The notes beneath the pieces were generated by a model. It was not told the DNA's origin. It did no database searches and saw only the letters and a program-made list of their open reading frames with translations. A stretch of 64,000 bases of DNA from the NCBI RefSeq assembly GCF_009914755.1, contig NC_060938.1; one strand, 5' to 3'. The position numbers and the translations under genes are program-made. The stretch comes from the human T2T-CHM13v2.0 reference genome, Homo sapiens. The stretch's first letter is position 1, and the number at the start of each line of letters is the position of its first letter. Positions 1 through 11,909 of the stretch are shown here, in pieces.

Positions 1-60
1 ATGACAATAATTTCAATTACTGTCTAGCTCAGGGGTGCTTAGGGGGAAAATCTCATTTGT

Positions 61-318
61 TTGTGCATCTGTCCATCCATCCAACCATCCACCCATCCAT
101 CCGCTCACTCATGCATCCATTTACTTATTCATTCATCCATTCATTTACTCATTCTCCATTCACTCACTCACCCATCCATTCACTCACTCACCATTCTATG
201 CACTCACTCACCATTCTATGCACTCACTCACTTATTCATCCATTAATTCACTCACTCATTCATTCTTCCATCCATTCACTCACCCATCCATTCATTCAGG
301 CATTCATTCATTCATTGC
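61..318. repeat. Low-complexity (CATC/CATT/CACT)n tetranucleotide tract in SERPINA6 intron 3
   Basis: Degenerate ccat/tcat/cact runs; explains the His/Ser/Pro-rich spurious ORFs 35..517 and 57..338. Confidence 0.9.
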
Positions 319-1017
319 TGACTCACATCCTCAGCTGACCTTGCCTGAGTGTCAACCCTGCACCAGCCCCTTGCTTGGGCCTGAGGTCAGAGATAGAGGG
401 AATCCATTGGCCGCTTCTCCTCCTGGCTACTGCCTCTTCAGGATATGCAGCCCTTGCTTTCTTTCTACTTACTCACTTATTACCTACTTTAGCCTTGCTT
501 TCTTAGTTGTTTACTGATGATTGATTGATTGAAGAGTTAGATGCCCTGAGTAACTTAAGAACCATTCATAGATTTTGCATTGGCTCCATGATGTATACAG
601 AGGTCATTTTCATTATATTTCTATGGGGTCTCCCAAGAATCTTTAACAGGGCGTGGTTTCAGGTAAGCAAGATAACAAAACGGATAAGTGTGTAGCTGGG
701 TGGTTGGTGAACTTACTTTAAGAAAATGCTACAAAAATATGACAATGCAGAGGGTATGTATGAACCTCACAGGGAAAGGGAACCTCACTCTGTGAAATGC
801 CCCAAAGTATTTCAGTGTTGATGGACAGATCAATAAATAAGCGTGAGCTCTAGATTAGGGAAACTTACAGCCTTTGGGGGCCCAGCAGACAGGAAAACTG
901 AGCCCTGGAGGGTGAGTCCAGGGAAGGAAGGATGCCCCAGCATACTCCCTTTCCACGTGCCCCACTTTCTGGGGACACGTGCATTGCAGAAATCAACATG
1001 ATGGCTGGAGGACTTAC

Positions 1018-1288
1018 CTGCTGGTCAGGCCTGCGGACCACCTGTTAATCGTGTCCCGGCTCAGTGCAGCGATGACTGTGTTCATCTTCCCCTTGTCCGG
1101 AAGGATGAAGAAGACAGTCCCATTGCCCACGTAGTTCATCTGCACCAGCTGGCAGGGGAGCTCCGCGTCATGAAGGTAACTGATGGTGCTCGACTGCAAC
1201 ATCATGGGCACCTTCACCACAGTTGTCTCGTCCACATAGAAGTTCTCCTCCCTGGTGCTTGCCAGGTCAAAGGGCTGTGTCCATGTGC
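1018..1288 (-). CDS. SERPINA6: Corticosteroid-binding globulin, exon 3 (271 bp)
   Basis: Acceptor ttcctAG at 1290-1289, donor GTAAGT at 1017; encodes (G)[89 protein letters not shown], recognised as CBG; phases 1/2 typical of clade A serpins. Confidence 0.98.
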
Positions 1289-2939
1289 CTAGGAAGAGGA
1301 GGAGACAGGTCTGTAGGGCAGAGAGGAAAACACAGTTCCAGGTGACCTCACGGGCCTACTATCCAAGTGACACAGTGGCCTTCTGAATGCTTGGAATGTC
1401 CCCATTCAAGCCTCAAGGGTTTTTAGGTAAGATATAAAAATTCCCAGAAATTTAAATCCTGTTTCATCCTCTACTTCTTGGAATGGGTTGAGGATGAGCT
1501 CTGTTTCTGAGACTGGCTTCTAAACAAGGAAGTAGGGAGAGACCAAGAGGGTACTGGTCCTTGGATTTGGGGGTAGGTCAGACTGTGCCTTGGCTCCCCA
1601 TGCCTAGAGTGGGTCCCAGTTCTGAGGGCTCTGGAAGTGGTGCTAGACCTCAAGTCTCAAACTCAGAGTCCCTGGTGGGAAGCGAGGGGGCCATCTCCAC
1701 CCCTGCCAGCCTGGCCGGCCCAGCTGAGGCTCCTGACCCTGCTGAATGGTCCTTCCTTCTAGGCCACGTTGTCCTAATGAAGAGTCAGGGTGAGAAGACT
1801 CCTTCAGGGTCACAGACTCCCACCCCCAGCAGGCCCTCAAGTCCCATCTACCATGTTCCAGGGTGCCACCATCCAGCTTGTTTTTTTGCCTTGAGATGGA
1901 GAGCTCACTACCTTCACAGATGGGACTTGGCGGTACTCATCAGCTCTGATGGGAAGAAAATTGCTCCTCAGACTGAGCCAAAGCCTGCCTGATTGTCCGC
2001 CACCAGCAGGACCTCTTCTGTTCTTCTGAACTTATTCCAGACAACTGAGTCCACCTGCAGGAAACTTACCTGGGCTGAGTGTCACAGGGTCTCTCTGCTC
2101 TAGGTGACGTCTCCCCAGTCTTAAAGTGATGACTGAGGCCCTTGAGTCCAGCAGATCCCAGGTGTCCTGGCTGCCATTGACCACAAGCCCTGAAGCCCTT
2201 GCCAGGCCACCATTTCCCAGCCCAGGCTCCCTAAAGGTGGCCAGAACATCACTCCAGGTAGCCCTTTCTCCATCCTACTGTCTGTGGGATCTATGGATTG
2301 CTCAGCCAAAATTCTTGGTTCTAAGCCAGCCACAAACCTTTTGTAATAGCCACTTATGGAGACAACAGGGAGAGGCTGATGGATGTAGAGAAATCAGCCA
2401 TGGCTGCGGAGTCTAGAGACACCAGAGCTATGCTGGTCCCTTCTGAATGACCTCACTAACCTTGATGTCTGCAGACACTGGCCAATGGTAGTAAACTCAC
2501 CGTCCGTCTGTCTCACGGCAAATGAGATTATTTGAGGGTTCTCAAATCATCCTCCAAAGGAGGTCTAAAATCCTCAGAACCAGAGGGCAGTTGTATTTTG
2601 TGGCTAACTTACAGCAAAAAAACAAAGTGGGTAAAATATTTTTCATTGTTAGGTTTTTTTCGTCCTTAACATTTTGCTGCTTGCTTTTTATGGAGTATTT
2701 CTTTTCTAGGAGTAAGCATAATGTATATAGTTTGACACAAAACAAAATACAAAATGGGGTTCAGCCTCTACTTTAAGGGATCTATTCTCAAAAAGTTCTA
2801 GGAGAATTGGTGGTAGAGAAAGAATTTATTGGGGACGATCTGAGAGAGCAAGGATGGCTCCTCTGGAAAATCTTTTAACAATATTTTTAATGTTATTAAA
2901 AAAAAACTGTCAAGAAAGTCCGATAAATAACACATCAGG

Positions 2940-3260
2940 TGCTGGGTGCGGTGGCTCACACCTGTAATCCCAGCACTTTGGGAGGCCGAGGCGGGTGGAT
3001 CATGAGGTCAGGAGATCGAGACCGTCCTGGCTAACGTGGTGAAACCCTGTCTGTACTAAAAATACAAAAAAATAAAAAAATTAGCCGGGTGTCATGGCAG
3101 GTGCCTGTAGTCCCAGCTACTCAGGAGGCTGAGGCAGGAGAATGGCATGAACCCGGGAGGCGGAGCTTGCAGTGAGCCAAGATTCTGCCACTGCACTCCA
3201 GCCTGGGCAACTGAGCAAGACTCCGTCTCAAAAAAAATAAAAATAAATAAATAAATAAAT
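2940..3260 (+). mobile_element. AluY-like SINE
   Basis: Full dimer with AluY-type gagatcgagacc and gcggagcttgcagtg; A/TAAA tail; TSD ATAAATAACACATCAGG (2923-2939, 3255-3271). Confidence 0.93.
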
Positions 3261-4505
3261 AACACATCAGGGCCATTTTACATATTCTACATTTAGTGAT
3301 AATACCTACACTAATCTTGATTTCTGTTTATTATCCTGGCTTGCTAGAAATATTTCAGAGTATTTTGCCAAAAGTTTTAACCAAACACTCACGGATTCGT
3401 TTTGTTGTATTATAGAAAATCTGTGTACAATGAGGCATTTCATCTCCATCAATGTCTGGTCCTGCATTCAGGTGTTCCAAGTTTCTCTGATTTTGTAACC
3501 TAAAGCTGTGATCTCCTATCCACTTAGCCCCACTGTGGTCCTGAGGACACTGTGAAACCTCGTACAGAATGACACCAGGCCAGCACCCGTTCCACCAGCA
3601 CCCATTCCACCACATGTGCTCAGGCATCTCTCAGGCTCAGGAGGGCCCTCCCTGCACCTGGGTTTACTGTGCCTTTTCCCCAGGTTGTGTTGCCTGAACC
3701 TCTGTGCAACCACTGCTGAGCTTGTTCCATGCACCAAGCATTAAACAAGGGCACTGGAATCTCCCAAAGAGACAAAGATACCCTGCACAAGAGTGCACAG
3801 TCTCGTGGGGGAGATGGTCTATGGAATTTGTGGGAGCACACAGAAGAGTTTCTGGGCAAATGTTCCCAGCCTCCCTGGCCCTCCCATAGTCAGGTGTTAG
3901 GAAGGCTGCCTTTGCCTGGTCAGCCTCTCAGCCTCACCATCCTGCGAAGAGGGCGGCCTCTCCTGGGAGTTCCCAGCCTTGTGCTGGAGAGCAGGAAAGA
4001 CCCAGAGGCAGGTAGAGAAGAAGGACTCGTAGAGATGCTAAGGCAGTCCAGGCAGTAAGGAGGTGCGGGATGGGAGGGGAGGTGGGCACAGTCTGATGGG
4101 AGGTCCTGAGAGAGAGCTGGGGAGGAGGGGAAGGGGGCATGAGGGGTCCTGGCTGGGGATCACATCTCCTCTGATCTGATGATCTTGTCGAGAGACACAT
4201 GTTCAGTAGAGATACTGGCTTAGTTTGCTTATTTTGGCTGTTTTACCTGCATTCCTTTGAATATGATTGCTTAACTGAAACTCAACCACCTGGGTGCTAA
4301 ACAACATGTTATGGCAAGATGATTGCCCAAACAAGGCATGGGCAAACTGTTGAGCATGCATATGAGGGCAAAGTCTTTCCTGGGTGACTCTGGGGAGGCT
4401 TCACAGAGGAGGTGACTTTTGAGCTAAGATTTGAAGTGAGGGAAGATGTTTTAGGCAGTCAGATAAGTTGCAAGAGGGCTCATGAGACAGAAGAGGCCTG
4501 GGCTT

Positions 4506-4880
4506 TGTGGCAGGCAGAATAACAGCCCTCCAAAATGTCCACATTCTAATCCCCAGAACTTGAGAATATGTTAGCTTTCATGTCCAGGGGGAATTAAAGT
4601 TGTAGAGGGAATCATAATTGCTAATCGGCTGGCCTTGAGATGGGCAGCCTATTCTGGATCACCCAGGTGGGCCATTATCCAGTGTAATCCTGAGGGTTCT
4701 TGTAAGTCAAAGAGGAAGGCAGGAAAGTCAGAATCAGAGAGATGTGATGAGGGAAGCAGAGGTGGGAATTTGCAATTACTGGCTTTGAAAATAAGAGAGG
4801 CCCACAGGCCATGTGGCTTCTAGAAGCTGGAAAAAGCCTGGAAGTGCATTCCCCCCTAGAGCTTCCAGGTTTTTATGAAC
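4506..4880 (+). mobile_element. MaLR LTR fragment (MLT1 family)
   Basis: Starts tgtggcaggcagaataac...aatgtccacattctaatccccagaac, resembling MLT1 LTR 5' ends. Confidence 0.7.
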
Positions 4881-5317
4881 AGGAAGATTGAAAAACTGAA
4901 GCAGGACCTGGTCAGAGCAGTGTGTGCAGGATGGCTTTGGGGGCATCTGGGAGTTCCCAAGGGGCTGGGTGGGGTTCTGTCTAGTTCTAGGCCATTTTTC
5001 CAGTCCCTGGCCCAGTGCTTGACAGTCAGCATTTGTGGAGCATGAAGCAGCCAGACTGTTCATGGTTACAGGTGTGGGCCTCAAACCAACCTGCCAGAAT
5101 GTAGGCACATTGTTCAACCCTTCTGGGTGTCATTTTGATCTTTTGTAAAATAATATAATTCCACCTACCCAGCAGGATTGTGGTGAAGATGGAGATTCCC
5201 AGATGTGTATGTGCTTTACAGAATCAAAGACTTTGCCCAAGAGTGTGCCCTGGATTTTAGCGGCTGTTATTCCTGGCCATAGTGGATGGGCCTTCAGATG
5301 GGGATGGGTGGGAATAC

Positions 5318-5930
5318 CTTTGAAGAAGATATAGTTGACCAGGACGAGGATGGCTGGGCTATCCAGCCCTGAAAACAAGTCGACAATTTTCCCCTGTGTC
5401 TTATTCTTGACATAGCTGTTGATCTGTCTGCTGGCTGTTGCCCAGTCCTGGAAATTCATAGCCAAGACCTCTGACTCATAGTAGTGCTTGATGTCTGCTG
5501 AGAATGACTCCAGCAACTCCAGGCTGCCATCAAGAAACAAGGCATTGCCCATGGTCATTTCTAAGCTGGTGTCTGACTTTGCAAAGAGTTGGTGCAGGTG
5601 CTGGAAACCCTGGTGGATCTCAGTCTCAGACCTCTCAGTGAGGTTGAAACCCAGGCCCTGGAGAAGCTGGGCCCGTGTGTGGCCACAGGTGCCCAGGGAC
5701 AGCATAGCTAAGGCCATGGAGATGCTCACAGGGGAGATGAAAATGTTCTTTTTGGGACTCAAGGCCACTAGGTGCTTATACAGGCTGAAGGCAAAGTCAA
5801 CGTTGGCTGAAGCCAGGCCCCGGTGATGGTTACTCATGTTCACATAAGCAGCGTTAGGATCCATGGCCTGGACGGTCCAGAGGCCGCTGGTGGGCAGCCA
5901 GAGAAGACAGGTGTACAGGAGGAGTGGCAT
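5318..5930 (-). CDS. SERPINA6: Corticosteroid-binding globulin, exon 2 coding part (613 bp; signal peptide and N-terminal serpin domain). Exon extends to 5949 with 19 nt of 5' UTR
   Basis: ATG at 5930, [51 protein letters not shown]...VNYIFFK/G; acceptor AG 5951-5950; donor GT 5317-5316; 613 = 204 codons + 1. Confidence 0.99.
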
Positions 5931-7844
5931 TGTCCAGTATAGCCAGGCCCTGCCAAATCAGAAAAGCTTGTTAGATGCTGTGGCAGTCTCTGAGTCAATG
6001 GGGCGTAGTGCAAGAGGAGGCAGGCAAAAGACCCCATTCAAGCCCCAGTTCCTTCCTCCACACTGGCTGTGTGACCTGGAGCACATCACAGAGGGCGCTG
6101 GACTTCAGTTTCCTCATCTGGAGATATGAATAACAGCCGTTATGATTTATCCAGTGCCTGACAGGTACCCAACACTGATCTAGGTAGTCTGGCTATATTC
6201 AGTCATCTAACCATTACCAAAACACTCCTAAAGCAAGTATTATTAACATGATTTTAGGCAGGCAGAAATAGGTGCTCAGAAAGGTTAAAACCCACCCAAA
6301 GGATATGTTCAAAATGCTGGAAGAAAAGCAAAACACAATTAAAGCATTCCCAGAAAAACAAAAGCTGAGTAAGCTTTTTTCCACAATACCTACCCTGCAA
6401 GAAATAAGAGGCATTTTATTTCGGATTGAAATGAAAGGACACTGGACAGTAACTTTAAGCTGAATGAAGAAATAAAAGACCTCTGGTAAAGGTAGATGCG
6501 TGGGCAATTATAAGTTATGTTTTTGGGCACATGATGTGTAGATATAATTTGTTACATCAGTAACTGGAAACAGGTAGGAACAGAGCTATAAGGAAGCAGA
6601 GCTTTTGTATGCTATTGAAGTAAAGCTGGTTATATCAAATATACTATGGACTAAATGTATTATGAGCATACATATTACATTTTGGTTTAATTTATTTTCT
6701 CTATTGTTTTTCTATTCTTGATTTTATTTATCTCTGCTCTAATCTTTATTATTTCCTTCCTTCTGCTATTTTTCAGTTTAGTTTGCTCTTTTTCTAGTCT
6801 CTAAATTATAAACAAAGACTAAAAATTATTTTTACACATTAGCCTTCTAAAATATGATCCAAATATATGCTGTCTACAAGAGACTCATTTTAGATCCAAA
6901 AATGTAAATAGACTGACTGAAAGTGAAAGGATGGAAAAGTTACCCCATGCAAATAGTAATCAAAAGAGAGCAGGGGTGACTACACTAATATTAGACAAAA
7001 TAGATTTTGAATTAAAAAAGTTCCAAAAGACAGGGCAATGACATATTAATAAAGTTTTCAGTACAGCAAGAAGATATAACATTTTTGGTTCTTCATTTCC
7101 TATATTACTGTCCTTTTTTGTATTTAGTTTTTGTACTGAAATGCTTTTTTGTATTGAAACACTTTAATAATTCTATTCTCATCCCTTTGTGGTTATTATG
7201 GGGATTACATTGCATCCTAAAGTTAACACCTGAATTTGAATATATGCCATTGTTTATTTGAGATCTTCTTGTTTTTAATGTGTTTACAGCTTTACATTTC
7301 TATCATCACACTGCTTTCACTCATTCCATAAGTTTTGGTATGTTGTGTTTCCATTTTCGTTTGTCTTTAAGTATTTTCTAATTCCCCTGGTGGTATCTTT
7401 TTTGATCCTCTGGTTGATAAAGAGTGTGTTGTTTTTTCCACAATTTGTAAAATTTCCAGTTTTCCTTCTGTTATTGATTTCTAACTGCATCTCATTGTGA
7501 TTGAAGAAGATACTTAGTATGATATCTGTCTTTTAAAATCTATTGACTCTTGATCTGTGGCCTAACATAGGGTCTATCTTGGAGAATGTCCTATTTGCAC
7601 TTGAGAAGAATGTGTATTCTGTTGTTGTAGGGTGTTCTGTATAGGTCTGATACATCTAGCTTTTAGTGTGATATTCAAGTTCTCTATTTTCTTACTTATT
7701 TTATGTCTGGTTGTTCTATCCATTATTGAGAATGAGATATTGAAGTGTCTAAATTGCTGTAGAACGATTTCACCCTTCAATTATGTCCATTTTTGCTCAA
7801 TTTATTTTGTCCCAGACACACTCAAAAATAATGTTTTACCAGCT

Positions 7845-8418
7845 GCTAAGGTTTGAATGTTTGTGTCCCCACAAATTCATATGTGGAAACCTATTCATGG
7901 GGGCTCTACCCTCATAAAAGGAATTAGTGCCTACATAAAAGAGGCCTGTGGCAGTATTTCTGGAAGAAATTGGCATATGAATCAGTGGATTGAGTTAAAG
8001 ACAGCCACCTTTACCAATATGGGTGGGCATTTTTAATCTATTAAAGGCTGAATGGAACAAAGAGGTAGGAGAAGGGCAAATTCTCTCTTCTGTCCCTGAG
8101 CTGGACATCTGTGTTTACCGGCCCTGAACACTGGGCCTCCTGCTTCTTGGACCTTTAAACTCTGGGACTTAAACCAGCAGCCTTATTAGGCCCTTTTCCT
8201 ATTGTGGAGCTGCACCATTGGCTCCTCCGGTTGTCAGGCCTTCAGACTCAGACTGAATTACATGGCTGGCTTTCCTGGGTCTCCAGCTTGCAGATGGCAG
8301 ATTGTGGGACTTCTCAGCTTCTGTAATTACATAAGGCAATTCCCATAATGCCTCCTCTTATATATATTTCTATATATCCTATAGATTCTGTTTCTCTGGA
8401 GAACCCTGACTAATATAA
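7845..8418. mobile_element. ERVL/MaLR LTR fragments (MLT1 piece followed by MLT2-like LTR)
   Basis: gaatcagtggattgagttaaag...ttctgtttctctggagaaccctgactaata matches the recalled MLT2 end. Confidence 0.65.
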
Positions 8419-8641
8419 TGGATTAAATTAATTTTGAGAGCCTACTAATAGGATTATATGCCATACCCAATTTGGATTTATTTCTGTAATGCAAGGATGT
8501 TTCAACATACAAAAATTGATCAGTGTAATACATCATATTAACAAAATAAAAGAAAAAATCACATGATCATCTTAATTGGTGCAGAAAAAAGTATTTGACA
8601 TAATTCAACACACCCTCGCATGATAAAAACACACAGCAGAT

Positions 8642-8968
8642 TGAGACAGTCAAGTGTAAAGAGGTGCCTGGAGAACATTCAGTTGGCCTGCACACTGGGA
8701 GAATGGGGTGGAGCTGTGGGAAGTTTGTGCCCTTTGCAGCGGGGAGGAGCTTGGCCTCTCTCTCCTGATCCGATGTGGTAATCTGGGGATTCAGTCAGTC
8801 AGATGAGGGCCTGTTAACAGGACTCTCTCTTGCTTTGCTGAGTTGTTTTCCTTTTCACCCAATAAATTCCATTTTATTCACACCTCAAAGTGTCTGTGAG
8901 CCTAATCTTTCATGGCCATGTGACAAGGACCCCGTGTTTAGCTGGACTAAGTAGAAAGTCCTACAACA
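8642..8968 (+). mobile_element. ERV1 solo LTR, MER61-like, nested in L1
   Basis: TG...CA termini (tgagacag...cctacaaca), AATAAA near 8861, ggggtggagc...tttgcagcggggaggagc motif; L1 sequence resumes on both sides. Confidence 0.75.
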
Positions 8969-10454
8969 AAATTAGTAATAGAAGAAAACTACCTCAACAT
9001 AATCAAGACTACGTATTTATAAAACCTTTTATACTCAATAGTGAAAGACTGAAAGCTTTTCCCCGAAGATCAGGAACAAAACAAGGATGCTTGTTCTCAC
9101 TACTTTTACCTAATATAGCACTGGAATTTCTAGCCAGAGCAATTGGGCAAGGAAAGAAAAGGTATCCATATTTGAAAAGAAGAAGTAAAATTGTCTGTGT
9201 TCACAGATGACATGATCTTATATGTTCAAAACCCTAAAAATTCTATAGAACTCATAAACACATTTAGCAAAGTTGCAAGATATAAAATCAAAACACTAAC
9301 ATCAATTGCATTTCCCACCACTAACAAAGAAAACAATTTGAAAAGGAAATTGAGAAAACAATTCCATTTACAATAGTATGATAAAGAATAAAATAGGGAT
9401 TAATCAGGGAGGTAAGAGACATACACTGAAAAGTACAAAACAGTGCTGAAGGCAATTAAAGAGGACATAAATAAATGGAAAGACATCCTGCATTCATGGA
9501 TTGGAAGAAATTGCTAAGATGATAATACTATCCAATGCAGTCTATAGATTCAATGCAATTCCTATCAAAATTCCAGTTCTGTATTTCACAGAAATAGAAA
9601 AATTTATCCTAAAATTTATATAAAAATCTCAAGGGACCTGGATAGCCAAAACAATACTGAAGAAGAACAAAGTTGAAAGTCTTGCACTTTCTGATTTCAA
9701 AATTTACTACAAAACTATAATAATCAAAACAGTGTGGTACTGGCATAAAGACATACATAGAGACCAATGGAATAGAATACAGAACCCAGAAATAAGCCTT
9801 TCATATGTAGTAAAATGATTTTGACAAGGATGCCAGACCATTCAATGGGGAAAAGACAGCCTTTTCAACAAGTGGTGCTGAAAATTTGGATATTTACATG
9901 CAAAATAATGAAATTGGACCTTTAACACCATATACAAAAATTAATTCAAAATAGATCAATGACCTAAAGATGAGTTAAAATTATAAAAATCTTAGAAAAA
10001 AACATGGGGGAAAAACTTCATGATGTTGGCTTTGGCAATGATTTCTTGAATATCACACCAAAGCCATGGGCAACAAAATAAAAAATAAACAAATTGGACT
10101 TCATCAAAATTGAAAACTTTGTTCATCAAAGGATACTATCAATAAAGTAAAAATGCAACTCACAGAATGGGAAAACATTTGCAAATTTCATATCTGATAA
10201 GGAATTGATATCCAGGATATATAAAGAACTCCTAAAACCCAAGAACAACAACAAAACAAATAAACCCAGTTAGAAATGGGCAAAGGACTTGAGTGGACAT
10301 CTTTTCAGAGACAACATACAAATGGCCAGTAAGCACATGAAAAGATGCTCAGCATCACTAATCATTAGGAATATCAAAACCGCAATGAGATACCACTTCG
10401 TATCCACAGGGATGGCTACTAACAGACAAACAAAACAGAAAACAATAAGTTGGC

Positions 10455-10578
10455 ACACCAGGCATGATGGCCCGTGCCTGTAATCCCAGCTACTCTGAAA
10501 GCTGAGGCAGGAGGAATGCTTGAGGCCAGGAGTTTGAGACCAGCCTAGGTAACATAGCAAGATTTCCTTTAAAAAAAA
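10455..10578 (+). mobile_element. Alu monomer (FLAM/FRAM-like)
   Basis: cctgtaatcccagctactc...aggagtttgagaccagcct followed by an A tail. Confidence 0.8.
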
Positions 10579-11525
10579 TTTTTTTTTAATTTAAATGTTA
10601 GCATTGCATGTGGGGAAATTGGAACCCTTATGCATTGCTGGTAGGAATATAAAGTGCTACAATGTGTGGAAAACAATATGACAGTTCTTCAAAAATTAAA
10701 CAAATTGTCATTTGACCCAACAATTTTGCTTCGAGTATATACACCAAAGAACTGCAAGCAGCTAGTCAAGGAACTTGAAAAGATAATTGTAGACCAAAGT
10801 CACAGCAGCATTATTCACCATAGCCAAAAGATGAAAACAACCCAAATGTCTATCAATGGATGAATGAATAAACAAAGTCTGGTATAAACATACAATGGAA
10901 TACTATTCAACTTTAAAAAGGAATGAAATTCTGACATTTCCTACAACATGGATGAACCTGGAAGACATTATGTTATGTGAAATAAGCCAGACACAAAAGG
11001 ACAAATAGAGTCTAATTCTACACCTAGAGTAGCCGAATACCTAGGGACAGAAGTAAAATTGTGGTTACCAGGGGCCGGGGCAACGGGAGATTGGGGAGTT
11101 ATTGTTGAGTGGGTATAGAGTTTCAGTCTGGGATGATGAAAAAGTTCCGGACATGGAAGGTGGTGATGGTGGCACAACAATGTGAATGTACTTTTATGAA
11201 CTGTATGCTTGTAGTTAAAACGTTAGGTATTATATTTTCCCACAATACAAATTTAAGGAAAAAATTAAATATAAATGATTTAAAAAGAGTTCCATAAGAG
11301 CAATTAAAAAAAATCCACCCAAGGTTGGAATCAGTCGGTGGACACTGCCTGCCTGCAAGGTTAGTGGTTTCAGGCCCTGTGCTGTGTGGAGCTACCTGTA
11401 TCACAATAAATACAGGATGCTTACAGGAGAAGCAGGTCTTACTGCACCACCCACTGTTGAACCAGCCATTCTGGGTGAGGGGCTGGGAACCCTCATTTAA
11501 ACCAGTGCTCCAGGAGGTTGTGTTG

Positions 11526-11909
11526 TGTTAAATTAAATTAAAGATGGGCTAAAGCTGCCTCCTCATGTAGCAAACTGTAACCTAGCTTAATATGTAAACA
11601 AACTGCACCTAACTTGAGAGTATATGTTTGTAACAAGTAACCAAGTCTCAGCCAATCATAGCAGCTGAACTTTCAGTCAATCACAGCCTGCCAACTGCTC
11701 AGACATGTTCAAACAAGGCAAACACAGAGCTGTAACCTATCAGCCTATGTGTGTATGTCACTTCCTTCTTCTGCCTGTAAATACTGCCTACGTTGCTGGG
11801 TGGCACTCTCTGAACCTTTACTGGTTTAGGGTGCTGTGTGATTCATGAATTGTTTCTTTGCTCAAATAAACTCTGCTACGTTTAATTTGTCTAAAGTTTT
11901 CTTTTAACA
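11526..11909 (+). mobile_element. ERV1 solo LTR, MER57-like, inserted in a MER5-like DNA element
   Basis: tgttaaattaaa...aataaactctg...cttttaaca with TG/CA ends and a CCAAT motif; flanks ttagtggtttc (11361) and gggaaccactg (11926-11936) resemble MER5 termini. Confidence 0.75.

Larger units (their letters stand above)
6280..11270 (+). mobile_element. Old L1 (L1M-type), fragmented, with inverted segments and nested LTR/Alu insertions, in SERPINA6 intron 1
   Basis: ORF2-like remnants (SERLKAFPRRSGTKQGCLFSLLL, DDMILYV, HMKRCSASLIIR) and an L1 3' UTR near 10860-11270; antisense blocks about 6680-6810 and 7081-7800. Confidence 0.85.

Noticed and set aside
35-517. His/Ser/Pro-rich ORFs
   Set aside because: Translation of a tetranucleotide low-complexity tract inside a SERPINA6 intron
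5130-5317. C-terminal extension of the 266-aa CBG ORF
   Set aside because: Read-through past the exon 2 donor into the intron; serpin similarity stops at FFKG
5488-5826. Antisense ORFs over serpin exons (also 57996..58277 and 59661..60055)
   Set aside because: Shadow ORFs caused by codon bias on the coding strand
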